Source of the DNA: Trueperaceae bacterium
Lineage (GTDB): Bacteria; Deinococcota; Deinococci; Deinococcales; Trueperaceae
Length of the DNA stretch: 64,000 nt
Direction: 5' to 3'
Assembly (NCBI GenBank): GCA_965213705.1
Contig: OZ243913.1
Span: 768,001-832,000 of the forward strand
Shown: piece by piece, positions 53,841 to 62,821 of the stretch
How the letters are laid out: each line of letters opens with the position of its first letter
How positions within the stretch are numbered: the first letter of the stretch is position 1
Position numbers and translations under genes: made by a program
The notes under the pieces: model-generated
What the model saw: only the letters and a program-made list of their open reading frames with translations
Told to the model about the DNA's origin: nothing
Databases searched by the model: none

Positions 53841-54866
53841 TTGGCGACGAAACGTTCCGACAAAACCGTCACGATTCAAAACGTTGCCGACCGGGCGGGC
53901 GTCTCTATCAGCACGGTGAGCCGCGTCTTAAACGACCGCGCCGGTGTGGGCGAACGCACGCGGCGCGCAGTGCAAAAAACCATCGAAGAGCTGAACTTTC
54001 AGCCGGACTTGGCCGCGCGCGAACTGGTCAGCCGCAGAGCCGTCACGGTGGGCTGGAGTGACGCCCGCGACGCTCGCCGCCTCCACTTTTTCGCCACCCT
54101 GATGCGCGAACACCTGTTCGCCAAGCTCTACCGCGAGGGTTACCGGGTAGAGGACGTGCCCACGGGCGACGACGGCTTGCCGAGCTACTTGACCGACGTG
54201 ATGATTCTCGTGACCCCGCATCCCGCCGACCCCCGCTTTACCTACCTGAGTCAAAAAAATGTTCCTTTCGTGGTGTCGGGCGTCACCCCGCAGCAGCGCT
54301 CGGCGGGTCCCGACGACTACGACGGCGGCAAACAGGTCGCGCAACACCTCTTGCAACTAGGGCACCAAAACATTTCGGTTTTGGCCGGCAAACGTTCGGC
54401 GAACGAAAACTTCCTAACCCCCTCTATGGTCAGCGGCTACATGAACAAGCGCGTGCGCGGTTTTTTGGACACGCTGGAGCGAGCGGGTGTCAAGACCGGG
54501 GAGGTGCAAGTGCTGCACTGCGACTACTCGAGCCTGGGCGCCTTTTTGACCCTCAGGCACGCCCTCGAAGCGGGCCTGAGGGTCACCGCCGTGTTCGCGC
54601 TTTCGGACGAGATGGCGCTGGGCGCCGTCGCCGCCCTCAACGACAAAGGCTTGAGCGTCCCCGAAGACGTGTCCGTGGTGGGTTTCGACGACATGCCCGA
54701 GATAGGCTCGAACCTGACGACGGTCAGACAGGACATCCCGCTGTTCGCCGCTACCTTGGCGGACCTAGCCGGAGAAGCCGTCGCGCTCGAGCGCCCGAGG
54801 CAAGTCACCTTGCCCGTGCAACTCGTCGTCAGGGGAACGACTGAACTGGCTAAACACGCGCGGTAG
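53841..54866 (+). CDS. LacI-family transcriptional regulator
   Basis: TIQNVADRAGVSISTVSRVLN, VPEDVSVVGFDD. Confidence 0.92.
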   Translation: MATKRSDKTVTIQNVADRAGVSISTVSRVLNDRAGVGERTRRAVQKTIEELNFQPDLAARELVSRRAVTVGWSDARDARRLHFFATLMREHLFAKLYREGYRVEDVPTGDDGLPSYLTDVMILVTPHPADPRFTYLSQKNVPFVVSGVTPQQRSAGPDDYDGGKQVAQHLLQLGHQNISVLAGKRSANENFLTPSMVSGYMNKRVRGFLDTLERAGVKTGEVQVLHCDYSSLGAFLTLRHALEAGLRVTAVFALSDEMALGAVAALNDKGLSVPEDVSVVGFDDMPEIGSNLTTVRQDIPLFAATLADLAGEAVALERPRQVTLPVQLVVRGTTELAKHAR

Positions 54867-54975
54867 CCTGAGCCGGCCTTACAGGTTTTCAGGGTTTGTC
54901 CAGCCGTCAAAAGAATTTCAACCCTGCACGCTGACGTCGACAAACACTTGTGTGGCGGTGTCACCGCACGACCTC

Positions 54976-55090
54976 ATACGGATACCGATACTACAGCTCC
55001 CCTTGGAAGAGTTGTTCGCTTTGTCGCTGGTCCGTAGTTCTTCTCACGCTGCTCGCACTTAATTCCGAGGGAATTGAATAGAAAGGGTAT
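54976..55090. repeat. ~120-bp dispersed intergenic repeat, copy 3
   Basis: ATACGGATACCG...GAAAGGGTAT; same orientation as 11286-11410 with small indels. Confidence 0.82.
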
Positions 55091-55352
55091 CAACTATACA
55101 CCTGGCAAACCCGGCGAAGGTTTCGGCACACCCGAGCGAACGTGTGCGCAGGGCGTCGGGGTGTGTCGACAGTACCAAAAGCGGTGCAGACGGGTGTTCC
55201 AGGCTGTGCCCGGCCTCGTCACCGGCGCGGCGAACGCCGGCCTCGAGCGGGTTTTTCACGTTTGCCGCTGGTAGACTCGTCCCTGGCCGACCCGCTCAGC
55301 AACGGCAAAAGCGTCCGCTACGCCGGAACTGTCGGCTTAACTTCCCCCAACC

Positions 55353-56183
55353 CTAGTTCCGGCTCAGCGGGTCGAGTGCGTCGCGCACGCCGTCGCCGAT
55401 AAAGTTGAAAGCCAGCGTGGTCAAAAAAATCGCTGCCGCCGGGGCCAGCGCGATGTGTGGCGCGCTGAAGATGTACTGCCGCCCTTCGGAAAGCATCGCG
55501 CCCCACTCGGGCACCGACGGAGGCACGCCCAGACCCAAAAAGCCCAGCGCCGCCGCCGGAATGGTCGCCGCGATGGTCAGCGTGCCCTGCACCGCAATCG
55601 GCCCGACGATGTTGGGCAGCACGTGCCGACCCATGATGTGCACGTCCCCCGGCCCGAGCGCCCTCGAGGCCTCGACGAACGCTTGTTCGCGCAGGTTCAA
55701 CACCACGCCGCGCACGAGTCGGATAAAGACAGGCGCAGTGCTCACGCCAATCGCGACCACCACGTTGCGAAAACCCACGCCCAAAATGGCTGCCAGCAAA
55801 ATAGCGAGCAGGATGCCCGGCACCGCCAGCATGATGTCCACCACGCGCTGCACGACCAGGTCGACCGTGCCGCTGTAGTAACCCGACAGCAAACCCAGCG
55901 GCACGCCGATGAGCATACTGACGCCCGTCGCCGCCAGCGCCACGAGCAGCGACAGCCGTGCGCCGAACAGCAGCCTCGAGAACACGTCCCGCCCTAAGTG
56001 GTCGGTGCCGAAAGGGTGCGCCGCGCTCGGCGTCTGGAGGGTACGGCTCAGGTCGAAACCGTTGGGCGGGTAGTCGCTGATAAAGGGTGCAAACACCGCC
56101 GCCGCCGTGAACAGCAGCAGCATCAGCACACCTAAAAAGGTCGGGGGTTGACGGCGCAACCGCGCCCAGACCCGGCTAGCCAT
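55353..56183 (-). CDS. Peptide/nickel ABC permease (DppC-like)
   Basis: HPFGTDHLGRD, FVEASRALG, RHVLPN, FLGLG, EWG, GDGVRDALDP. Confidence 0.9.
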   Translation of the reverse strand: MASRVWARLRRQPPTFLGVLMLLLFTAAAVFAPFISDYPPNGFDLSRTLQTPSAAHPFGTDHLGRDVFSRLLFGARLSLLVALAATGVSMLIGVPLGLLSGYYSGTVDLVVQRVVDIMLAVPGILLAILLAAILGVGFRNVVVAIGVSTAPVFIRLVRGVVLNLREQAFVEASRALGPGDVHIMGRHVLPNIVGPIAVQGTLTIAATIPAAALGFLGLGVPPSVPEWGAMLSEGRQYIFSAPHIALAPAAAIFLTTLAFNFIGDGVRDALDPLSRN

Positions 56184-56223
56184 TGTTAGCCACGTTGTTC
56201 AGTCATGTTTTTCAACCCTGCGT

Positions 56224-57147
56224 TCAGCCATAGCGCACTCGGGGGTCCGCCACGGCGTAGCCGAGGTCGACAACGATGTTCAGGCTTACGAACAAGAAAG
56301 CGTTGAAAAGGACGAGCGCCTGCACGGTGGGATAGTCGCGCGCGAAAATGGCGTCGCTCATCAACAGGCCGATGCCGGGCCAGCCGAACACGGTCTCGGT
56401 CAGGATGGCCGCTCCGCTCAGCAGCGCGCCGAGCTGTAGCCCGATGACAGTCAACACCGGGATGAGCGCGTTTTTCAGCGCGTGGCGAAAGACGATGCGC
56501 CGCCCCGAAGCTCCCTTGGCCCGCGCCACCCGGATATAGTCCTGCGATAAAACTTCGACCAGGCTGACCCGGGTCATCCTCGAGAGCAGCGCGATGAAAA
56601 TAAGGGTCAGCGTGGTTGCGGGCAAGATGATGGCCTGCCAACTGTCCGCCCCCGCCGCCGGGAGCAGGCGCAGCTTGACCGCGAACACGTAAATCAAAAA
56701 CAGTCCCAGCGCGTAGGACGGCAGCGAAATCCCCAGCAGCGTCGCAAAAGAGATGAACCGGTCCAAAAAACGATTCTGGTAGAGCGCCGCGACGATGCCC
56801 AAGCCCACCCCCAACACGGCCGTAAACGCCATCGTGACGACAGCGAGTTGCGCCGTCGCCGGGAACCGCGCCAGAATTTCCTCGAGCACCGGTTCACGGC
56901 TGATCATCGAGCGGCCCAGGTCGCCGCGCACCAGGTCGGCGGCGAAGACGCGGTACTGCACCCACAGCGGCTCGTCCAAACCCATCCGCGTGCGCACCGC
57001 CGCCACCTCGCTCGGCGCGGCGGTCAACCCGGCGACCAGCCGCGCCGGGTCGCCGGGCAACAACCTCACCAGCAAAAACACCAGCAGCGACACGCCGACG
57101 AGGGTGAACACCCCGCCGACGATGCGTTTTAAGAGGTAGTCGGTCAT
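56224..57147 (-). CDS. Peptide/nickel ABC permease (DppB-like)
   Basis: PGDPA, GDLGRS, DYIRVARAKG, HALKNA, ETVFGWPG, DPRVR. Confidence 0.9.
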   Translation of the reverse strand: MTDYLLKRIVGGVFTLVGVSLLVFLLVRLLPGDPARLVAGLTAAPSEVAAVRTRMGLDEPLWVQYRVFAADLVRGDLGRSMISREPVLEEILARFPATAQLAVVTMAFTAVLGVGLGIVAALYQNRFLDRFISFATLLGISLPSYALGLFLIYVFAVKLRLLPAAGADSWQAIILPATTLTLIFIALLSRMTRVSLVEVLSQDYIRVARAKGASGRRIVFRHALKNALIPVLTVIGLQLGALLSGAAILTETVFGWPGIGLLMSDAIFARDYPTVQALVLFNAFLFVSLNIVVDLGYAVADPRVRYG

Positions 57148-57152
57148 AGAGG

Positions 57153-57235
57153 CAGTACCGAGTGCCTAGTACCGAGTTCGGTATGCGCTGCCCCTTCTCG
57201 GTACTCAGGACTAGGTACTCAGGACTCGGTACTTT
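57153..57235. repeat. Inverted heptamer array (AGTACCG)n...(CGGTACT)n
   Basis: Degenerate 7-mer tandems in both orientations; same unit at 5823-5840 and 62100-62176. Confidence 0.7.
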
Positions 57236-58130
57236 ACTCCGCCGGTCTCGCGTAGACCGTGTAGAACTTTTCGCCCGGCAAGTAACTCACGCCCGTCAGC
57301 CCCGCCCGGTGCGCCAGGACGAAGTCGAGTTCGTGCAAGAAGATGACCGGGGCCGCCGCCCAAATGCGGGTTTGGATGTCGCAGAGCAGCGTCTCGCGCG
57401 TGGCGGGGTCGGTCTCGCGCAGGGCGGCGTCGAGCAGCTCGGAAACCTCGTCGTCTACGAAGTAACCCGTGTTGAGTCCGGCGGGCGCGGCCTGCGACGC
57501 GTGAAAGCGAAAGTAGAGGTCTAAACTCGCGTCGGGCACGGGCGGCGCGTAGCCCAAAAAGTGCATGTCGAGGGTTTGCGCTTCGGCGGGGACGAACAGT
57601 TGGCTGATGTAGGTGCCGTAGTCGCTCGTCGTCGGGGTCGCGGTGACGCCGACCTGCTGCAAGTAGAGCCCGACCGCCTGCGCCACGTCGAAGTCGTTGA
57701 TAAAGCGCCCGGTGGGGGCCGCAAAGTTGAGCTGCAAATTCTCCGCACCGGCCTCGGCCAACAGTTCGCGCGCCCGGTCGGGGTCGTAGCCGTAAGCGGG
57801 TTGCTCGCAGTAGCCGACGTTGTTTTTGTCGGTCACGGAGGTCATGGGTTGCCCGATGCCCGCCAGCAAACTGTCGGCAATCGCTTGGGTGTCCACCGCG
57901 TAGTTGAGCGCTTGGCGCACGCGTACGTCGGTCACGCGCGGCGCGGTAAAGGCGATGTAGGTGACGCGCTCGCTCGGCGCGACGACCACCTCGACCTCGG
58001 GGTTGGCCTCGAGACTCGGAATGTCGGAGACCGGCGGCGACAAGATTAAGTCCGCCTGGCCCGCCAACAGCAGACTCTCGCGCGTCGCCGCCTCGGGCAC
58101 GAACACGAACTCGACACCGTCGTGCTGCGT
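57234..58130 (-). pseudogene. 5'-truncated peptide ABC substrate-binding protein (family 5)
   Basis: C-terminal ~300 aa only (VRQALNYAVD, YDPDRARELLAEAG); no signal peptide or N-terminal lobe; boundary approximate. Confidence 0.75.
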
Positions 58131-58198
58131 TTTCCGGTGACGAACCCAAGGGCTCACCGTCAACGTCTCAAAACGAAAAGCGTGAATATCGTCACCGA

Positions 58199-58303
58199 AT
58201 CGTCACCGAGCCGACCCCGTTCACCCTCGAGCCCCACGGCGCGGTGCAAATCATGGCCGCTCGCACGCCGAACGGGGCGCGGCTCAAGTTTTTCGAGGCG
58301 TAG
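58199..58303 (+). pseudogene. 3' remnant of a possible VOC/glyoxalase-like gene
   Basis: Startless frame IVTEPTPFTLEPHGAVQIMAARTPNGARLKFFEA-stop with host-like codons. Confidence 0.4.
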
Positions 58304-58401
58304 TAGGTGTAGCTTGAACGTTGCCGGCCGGCCCGTCTGCAGAACCGAACAGCTAAAGAGGTATCCGACAAGCTTACAATAGTTCAGTGGAGGCAAAGAA
58401 C

Positions 58402-58644
58402 GTGAAGACCATGAAACCCGTAACCGAGGAACAGATTTTAGCCAAGCTTCACGAACTTGAGCCTGCCGCTTGGCCCAAAGTTTTAGCTTATTTGAATACG
58501 ATTTCGGCTGGTGAGGGAACGCCGAGCCCAATCACCGCGCAAGACCTGCTCGAGTCCGGCTTGGTCGGCCTATGGAAAGACAAAGACATGGGCGACAGTC
58601 TTGCTTACGCTCGCAGCTTGAGGAAGCAAGCCAGCCGCCGTTAG
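58402..58644 (+). CDS. Small DUF2281-like antitoxin-type protein
   Basis: EQILAKLHELEP...VLAYL and LVGLWKD..DMGDS..YAR.LR patterns; GGAGG RBS and TACAAT upstream. Confidence 0.6.
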   Translation: MKTMKPVTEEQILAKLHELEPAAWPKVLAYLNTISAGEGTPSPITAQDLLESGLVGLWKDKDMGDSLAYARSLRKQASRR

Positions 58645-58661
58645 GCAACCGCGAGACGAAG

Positions 58662-59690
58662 ATGACTGACGCGCCCGTCTACCAAGCCCTCGCCCTGCAA
58701 GTCCGTTGCCACGCGGTCAACGGCCTGACGCCCGAAGAGGCTCGAGCGCGCATGATGGCGAGCGTGAAGCGCGTCGGCACGCAGGTGCGGGGTTCGAAAA
58801 ATTTTATCGGGCAAGACCTGCGCTTGGTGGTGTTGCCCGAGTATTTTTTGAGCGGCTTTCCCATGCGCGAGGGCGTGGACGAGTGGAAAGCGGCGGCGTG
58901 TTTGGACATAGGCGGCCCCGAGTACGACGCCCTTTCGGAAATCGCCCAGGCCAACGACGTGTACCTGGCGGGCAACGTCTACGAACTCGACGCGTACTTT
59001 CCCGAGTTGTATTTTCAAACCTGCTTTGTTCTTTCGCCCAGCGGTGACACCGTGCTGCGCTACCACCGCCTTATCAGCATGTTCGCGCCCACGCCCCACG
59101 ACGTGTGGGACGAGTACCTGGACGTTTACGGCCTTGAAAAGGTGTTTCCCGTCGCCCACACCGAGTTGGGGCGGCTCGCGGCCATCGCCTCCGAAGAGAT
59201 TTTGTACCCCGAGGTGGCCCGCTGCCTGGCGATGCGCGGGGCGGAGGTGTTTTTGCACTCGAGCAGCGAAGCCTCGAGCCCCCGCCCCATGCCCAAAGAG
59301 GTCGCCAAGGTGGCGCGGGCGGTCGAAAACATGGCCTACGTCGTCTCGGCGAACTCGGCGGGCATCGACGGCACCCCCATCCCCGCCGACTCGACCAACG
59401 GCAACTCGCAAATCGTCGACCCGTACGGGCACGTCCTCGCCGCAGCCGCGCAGGGCGAGAGCATGGTGGCCTACGCCGAACTCGACTTGGGCGCGCTGCG
59501 CCGCTTCCGCCGCCGTCCGGCGATGGGCAACCTGCTCGCGCGGCAGCGCTTCGAACTGTTCGCGGCAAGTTACGCGAACCACAGCTTTTACCCGCCGAAC
59601 ACGCTTGCCGGCGGCCTTCAAGACCGCAAACAGCTCGTGCAGACACAGCTCGAGACGATTCGAAAACTGAGCGACGAAACGATCATTTAG
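58662..59690 (+). CDS. Nitrilase-superfamily protein with non-canonical catalytic residues
   Basis: VVLPEYF, YHR, IASEEILYPE..R...GAE, RAVEN..YVVSAN, GNSQIVDP.G. Confidence 0.85.
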   Translation: MTDAPVYQALALQVRCHAVNGLTPEEARARMMASVKRVGTQVRGSKNFIGQDLRLVVLPEYFLSGFPMREGVDEWKAAACLDIGGPEYDALSEIAQANDVYLAGNVYELDAYFPELYFQTCFVLSPSGDTVLRYHRLISMFAPTPHDVWDEYLDVYGLEKVFPVAHTELGRLAAIASEEILYPEVARCLAMRGAEVFLHSSSEASSPRPMPKEVAKVARAVENMAYVVSANSAGIDGTPIPADSTNGNSQIVDPYGHVLAAAAQGESMVAYAELDLGALRRFRRRPAMGNLLARQRFELFAASYANHSFYPPNTLAGGLQDRKQLVQTQLETIRKLSDETII

Positions 59691-59700
59691 GAGGTGAGAC

Positions 59701-61137
59701 GTGGCGCTTACTGCTGAAGCCATACCCGTCCGCAACCCGCTTACCGGCGAGACGGACACCCACATCACGCCGCCGAGCGTCGCCGAGGTTCAAGCGGAAT
59801 GTCGGCGGCTCAGGGCGGGGCAGGTCGCCTGGCAGGAGGGCGGGCTCGAAGCTAGGATTGACGTTCTGCAGAAGTGGAAAACCCAGCTAACCACCCACAA
59901 GGACGCCCTCGTCGCGGCCGTCACCCACGACACCGGGCGCAGCCGCGAGTCGGCGGTCGAGGTTTACGGACTTATAGGGACTCTGGAGCGCTGGTGTGCC
60001 CAAGCACCCGACCTGTTGAAAGATGCGGCACCCTACGCCACCTCCGCGCCCATGCTGAGCGTTCAACAACAACTTGTTCCTTATGGGCTCGTCGGCGTCA
60101 TCAGTCCCTGGAACTTTCCGCTGCTGCTGTCGCTCATCGACGCCGTACCGGCCCTGCTCGCGGGCAGCGCCGTCGTTGTCAAGCCGAGCGAAATTACGCC
60201 GCGCTTCGTCGAACCGCTGCTGGAAACCGTCCGGGCGACGCCCGCGCTGCGGGACGTGCTCACCTACCTGGTCGGCGCGGGCGCGACCGGGGCGGCGCTC
60301 GTCGACGAGGTGGACGTGGTCTGTTTTACCGGCGGCGTGGCGACGGGGCGTGTCGTTGCCGAGGCGGCGGCGCGCAACTTCATCCCGGCGTTTTTGGAAC
60401 TCGGCGGCAAAGACCCGGCCGTCGTCTTGGCGAGCGCCGACGTGGACTACGCGACGTCGGCGGTGCTGTGGGGCGCGACCTCGAACGCGGGCCAGTCGTG
60501 CCAGTCTATCGAGCGGGTGTACGTCGCGGCGGAAATTTACGAGGCCTTTGTCGAAAAGATTGCCCAAAAAGCGAACGCTTTGAAGTTCGCCTTCGAGGGC
60601 GGCCCGGTTGCGCCGGTGATTTCAGGCCAGCAAATCGCCGTCCTCGAGGCCCACCTGCAAGACGCTTTCGACCGGGGGGCCACGGCCGTGACGGGCGGCA
60701 AACTCGTTCGGCACGGGGGCGGTACCTGGTGCCCGCCGACGGTGTTGGTCGACGTCACCCACGACATGAAGGTGATGCGGGAGGAAACTTTCGGGGCGAT
60801 TATCCCCGTCATGAAGTTTTCGGATACCGACGAGGCGGTGAGCCTGGCGAACGACACGACCTTCGGCTTGAGCGCGGCGGTCATCGCGGGCAGCGAGGCG
60901 GAAGCGCTGGCCGTGGGGCGCAGGCTCTGTTCGGGCGCGGTCAGCATCAACGACGCGGCGCTCACCGCGGCGACGCAAGAGGCCGAAAAGCAGTCGTTCA
61001 AACTCTCCGGCCTGGGCGGCTCACGCATGGGTCCCGCCTCCATCCGGCGCTTTTTGCGGCAAAAGGCGCTCATCGTCAAGTCCGGGTACGCGCCGAGCCC
61101 GTGGTGGTTTGAGGAGTTGAAGGTGATTCATGAGTAA
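59701..61137 (+). CDS. Aldehyde dehydrogenase
   Basis: ISPWNFP, KPSE, FTGG, LELGGKD, GQSC, EETFG. Confidence 0.93.
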   Translation: MALTAEAIPVRNPLTGETDTHITPPSVAEVQAECRRLRAGQVAWQEGGLEARIDVLQKWKTQLTTHKDALVAAVTHDTGRSRESAVEVYGLIGTLERWCAQAPDLLKDAAPYATSAPMLSVQQQLVPYGLVGVISPWNFPLLLSLIDAVPALLAGSAVVVKPSEITPRFVEPLLETVRATPALRDVLTYLVGAGATGAALVDEVDVVCFTGGVATGRVVAEAAARNFIPAFLELGGKDPAVVLASADVDYATSAVLWGATSNAGQSCQSIERVYVAAEIYEAFVEKIAQKANALKFAFEGGPVAPVISGQQIAVLEAHLQDAFDRGATAVTGGKLVRHGGGTWCPPTVLVDVTHDMKVMREETFGAIIPVMKFSDTDEAVSLANDTTFGLSAAVIAGSEAEALAVGRRLCSGAVSINDAALTAATQEAEKQSFKLSGLGGSRMGPASIRRFLRQKALIVKSGYAPSPWWFEELKVIHE

Positions 61138-61170
61138 AAGGCCCGTGTTTACGACGATTGAGGAGGTTCT

Positions 61171-61656
61171 ATGACGACCAAGCGAGCGTTCAGCAAGTCC
61201 CTGGTTCCCTGGCTGGCTCGGCACGAGGGCGACTGGTACGGCACCTACGTCCACGTCGACGCCGACGGACGAGAGGTCGACAGACACGTGTCCCACCTCA
61301 TTTCGGTGTTTCCCGAGGACGGTCCCGACTACCACCAGACCAACCGCTACGTTTGGGCGGACGGGCGGGTCGAGGAACACCTGTTTCCCGGCACCTTCGA
61401 CCCGGCGAGCGGGCGCGTCGTCTTCGACACCGAGCGCATCGACGGCTGGGCTCGAGGGTTGGACGACCGCCACGTGCAACTGCAGTTCACCTACAAGGGC
61501 GGCTCCGAGCACTACGTGTACGAGTTCATCCACCTCTCCGACAGCGAGCGCTACCGCACCCGCACCTGGCACTGGTACGACGGCGACGGGCGGCTTTACA
61601 AACGCACCCTCATCGCTGAAACCCGCGACGCCGGCCCCGAGCATGACGGCATCTAA
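61171..61656 (+). CDS. Lipocalin/calycin-like beta-barrel protein (DUF3598-like), copy 1
   Basis: EGDWYGTY N-terminal GxW motif, alternating beta strands, RTRTWHW; GAGGAGG RBS. Confidence 0.65.
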   Translation: MTTKRAFSKSLVPWLARHEGDWYGTYVHVDADGREVDRHVSHLISVFPEDGPDYHQTNRYVWADGRVEEHLFPGTFDPASGRVVFDTERIDGWARGLDDRHVQLQFTYKGGSEHYVYEFIHLSDSERYRTRTWHWYDGDGRLYKRTLIAETRDAGPEHDGI

Positions 61657-62119
61657 CGCAACAAAATCGCTGGTCGAAACCCTGCCGCTGCTGGCACGCA
61701 ACGGGGGCGACTGGTACGGCACCTACCTCCATTTGGACGAGGCCGGCCACGTGCTCGACCGCCACGCCTCGCACCTCAACCCGGTTACGACTGAAGGCTC
61801 CAACAGCTACGCGCAGACCAACCGCTACACCTGGGCCGACGGTCGCGAGGTGAGTTATACGTTTACCGGCACCCTCAAAGGCGACCGCGTCGTCTACGAC
61901 ACCGAACGCATCTACGGCGAAGCTTGGGAAGCCGACGCCGACACCCTCATTTTGAAGTTCCGCTACAAAGACGAGCCCCGCAAGTACATCTACGAGTACA
62001 TCCACCTCTCCGCCGACGACCGGCACCGCACCCGCGTGTGGCACTGGTTCGACGAGCGCGGCGAGGTCTACAAGCGCACGCTAATTAAGGAAACTAGAGC
62101 AGTACCGAGTGCCGAGTAG
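61643..62119 (+). CDS. Lipocalin/calycin-like beta-barrel protein (DUF3598-like), copy 2
   Basis: GGDWYGTY, QTNRYTWADG, RTRVWHW, YKRTLI shared with copy 1. Confidence 0.65.
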   Translation: MTASNATKSLVETLPLLARNGGDWYGTYLHLDEAGHVLDRHASHLNPVTTEGSNSYAQTNRYTWADGREVSYTFTGTLKGDRVVYDTERIYGEAWEADADTLILKFRYKDEPRKYIYEYIHLSADDRHRTRVWHWFDERGEVYKRTLIKETRAVPSAE

Positions 62120-62195
62120 CGAGAAAAGGCGGGTTCGTACCAAACTCGGTACTCGGTACTCAGCACTCGGTACTCAAAAAACTTGGAGACATTTT

Positions 62196-62810
62196 ATGGA
62201 AACTGTAACCGCCTACTACGACTACCTCTGTCCCTTCGCACAGCGCGGCATGAAGCTTGCCGAGCAGGTCGCCGAGCCGCTGCAACTCACCTTCGACTGG
62301 CGGCACTTCAGCCTGTACCAGGGAAACTACAAGGGTGAGGACGGCTGGAAGGTGTGGGAGGACGCGCTGCAGACCGGCGACAAGGACGGCGGCAAGGGAC
62401 TGTTGCCGTTTTTAGCGTCGCACGCCGCGCGGGACTTAGGCGACGCTGCGGCGTTCCGGCTCGAGCTGGCGAAAGCCCACCACGAAACGGGCCGACCCTA
62501 TACCCTGGAAACCGTCCGGTCGGTCGCCGAGGGGGTGGGGCTGGACGCCGACGCGCTCGAGGCCAGGCTCCGCGACCCCGCAACCCGCGCCGCGCTCGCC
62601 GCCGAACACGCCGATTCCGCCGCCAACCACGTCACGGGCACGCCGACTTTCCGTTTTGCAACAGGCGACCAGGCTTACTTCCGCGCGGCGGACCTGCCCG
62701 CCACCCAGGACGGCGCGGTCAAACTCTTCTCGACCTACCGCACCCTGCTGACCGAGTTCCCGTTCGTGCAAAACGTCAAGCGCTACTACGAAGTGCGCAG
62801 GCCGAGTTAG
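62196..62810 (+). CDS. DsbA/FrnE-like thioredoxin-fold protein
   Basis: YYDYLCPFA (single Cys, CxxA), VTGTPTF; ATG 62196 with GGAG. Confidence 0.8.
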   Translation: METVTAYYDYLCPFAQRGMKLAEQVAEPLQLTFDWRHFSLYQGNYKGEDGWKVWEDALQTGDKDGGKGLLPFLASHAARDLGDAAAFRLELAKAHHETGRPYTLETVRSVAEGVGLDADALEARLRDPATRAALAAEHADSAANHVTGTPTFRFATGDQAYFRAADLPATQDGAVKLFSTYRTLLTEFPFVQNVKRYYEVRRPS

Positions 62811-62821
62811 AGGAGTTTTAA

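Noticed and set aside
55059..55402. Small ORFs next to repeat copy 3
   Set aside because: No recognisable protein; could be a decayed gene but I cannot support it
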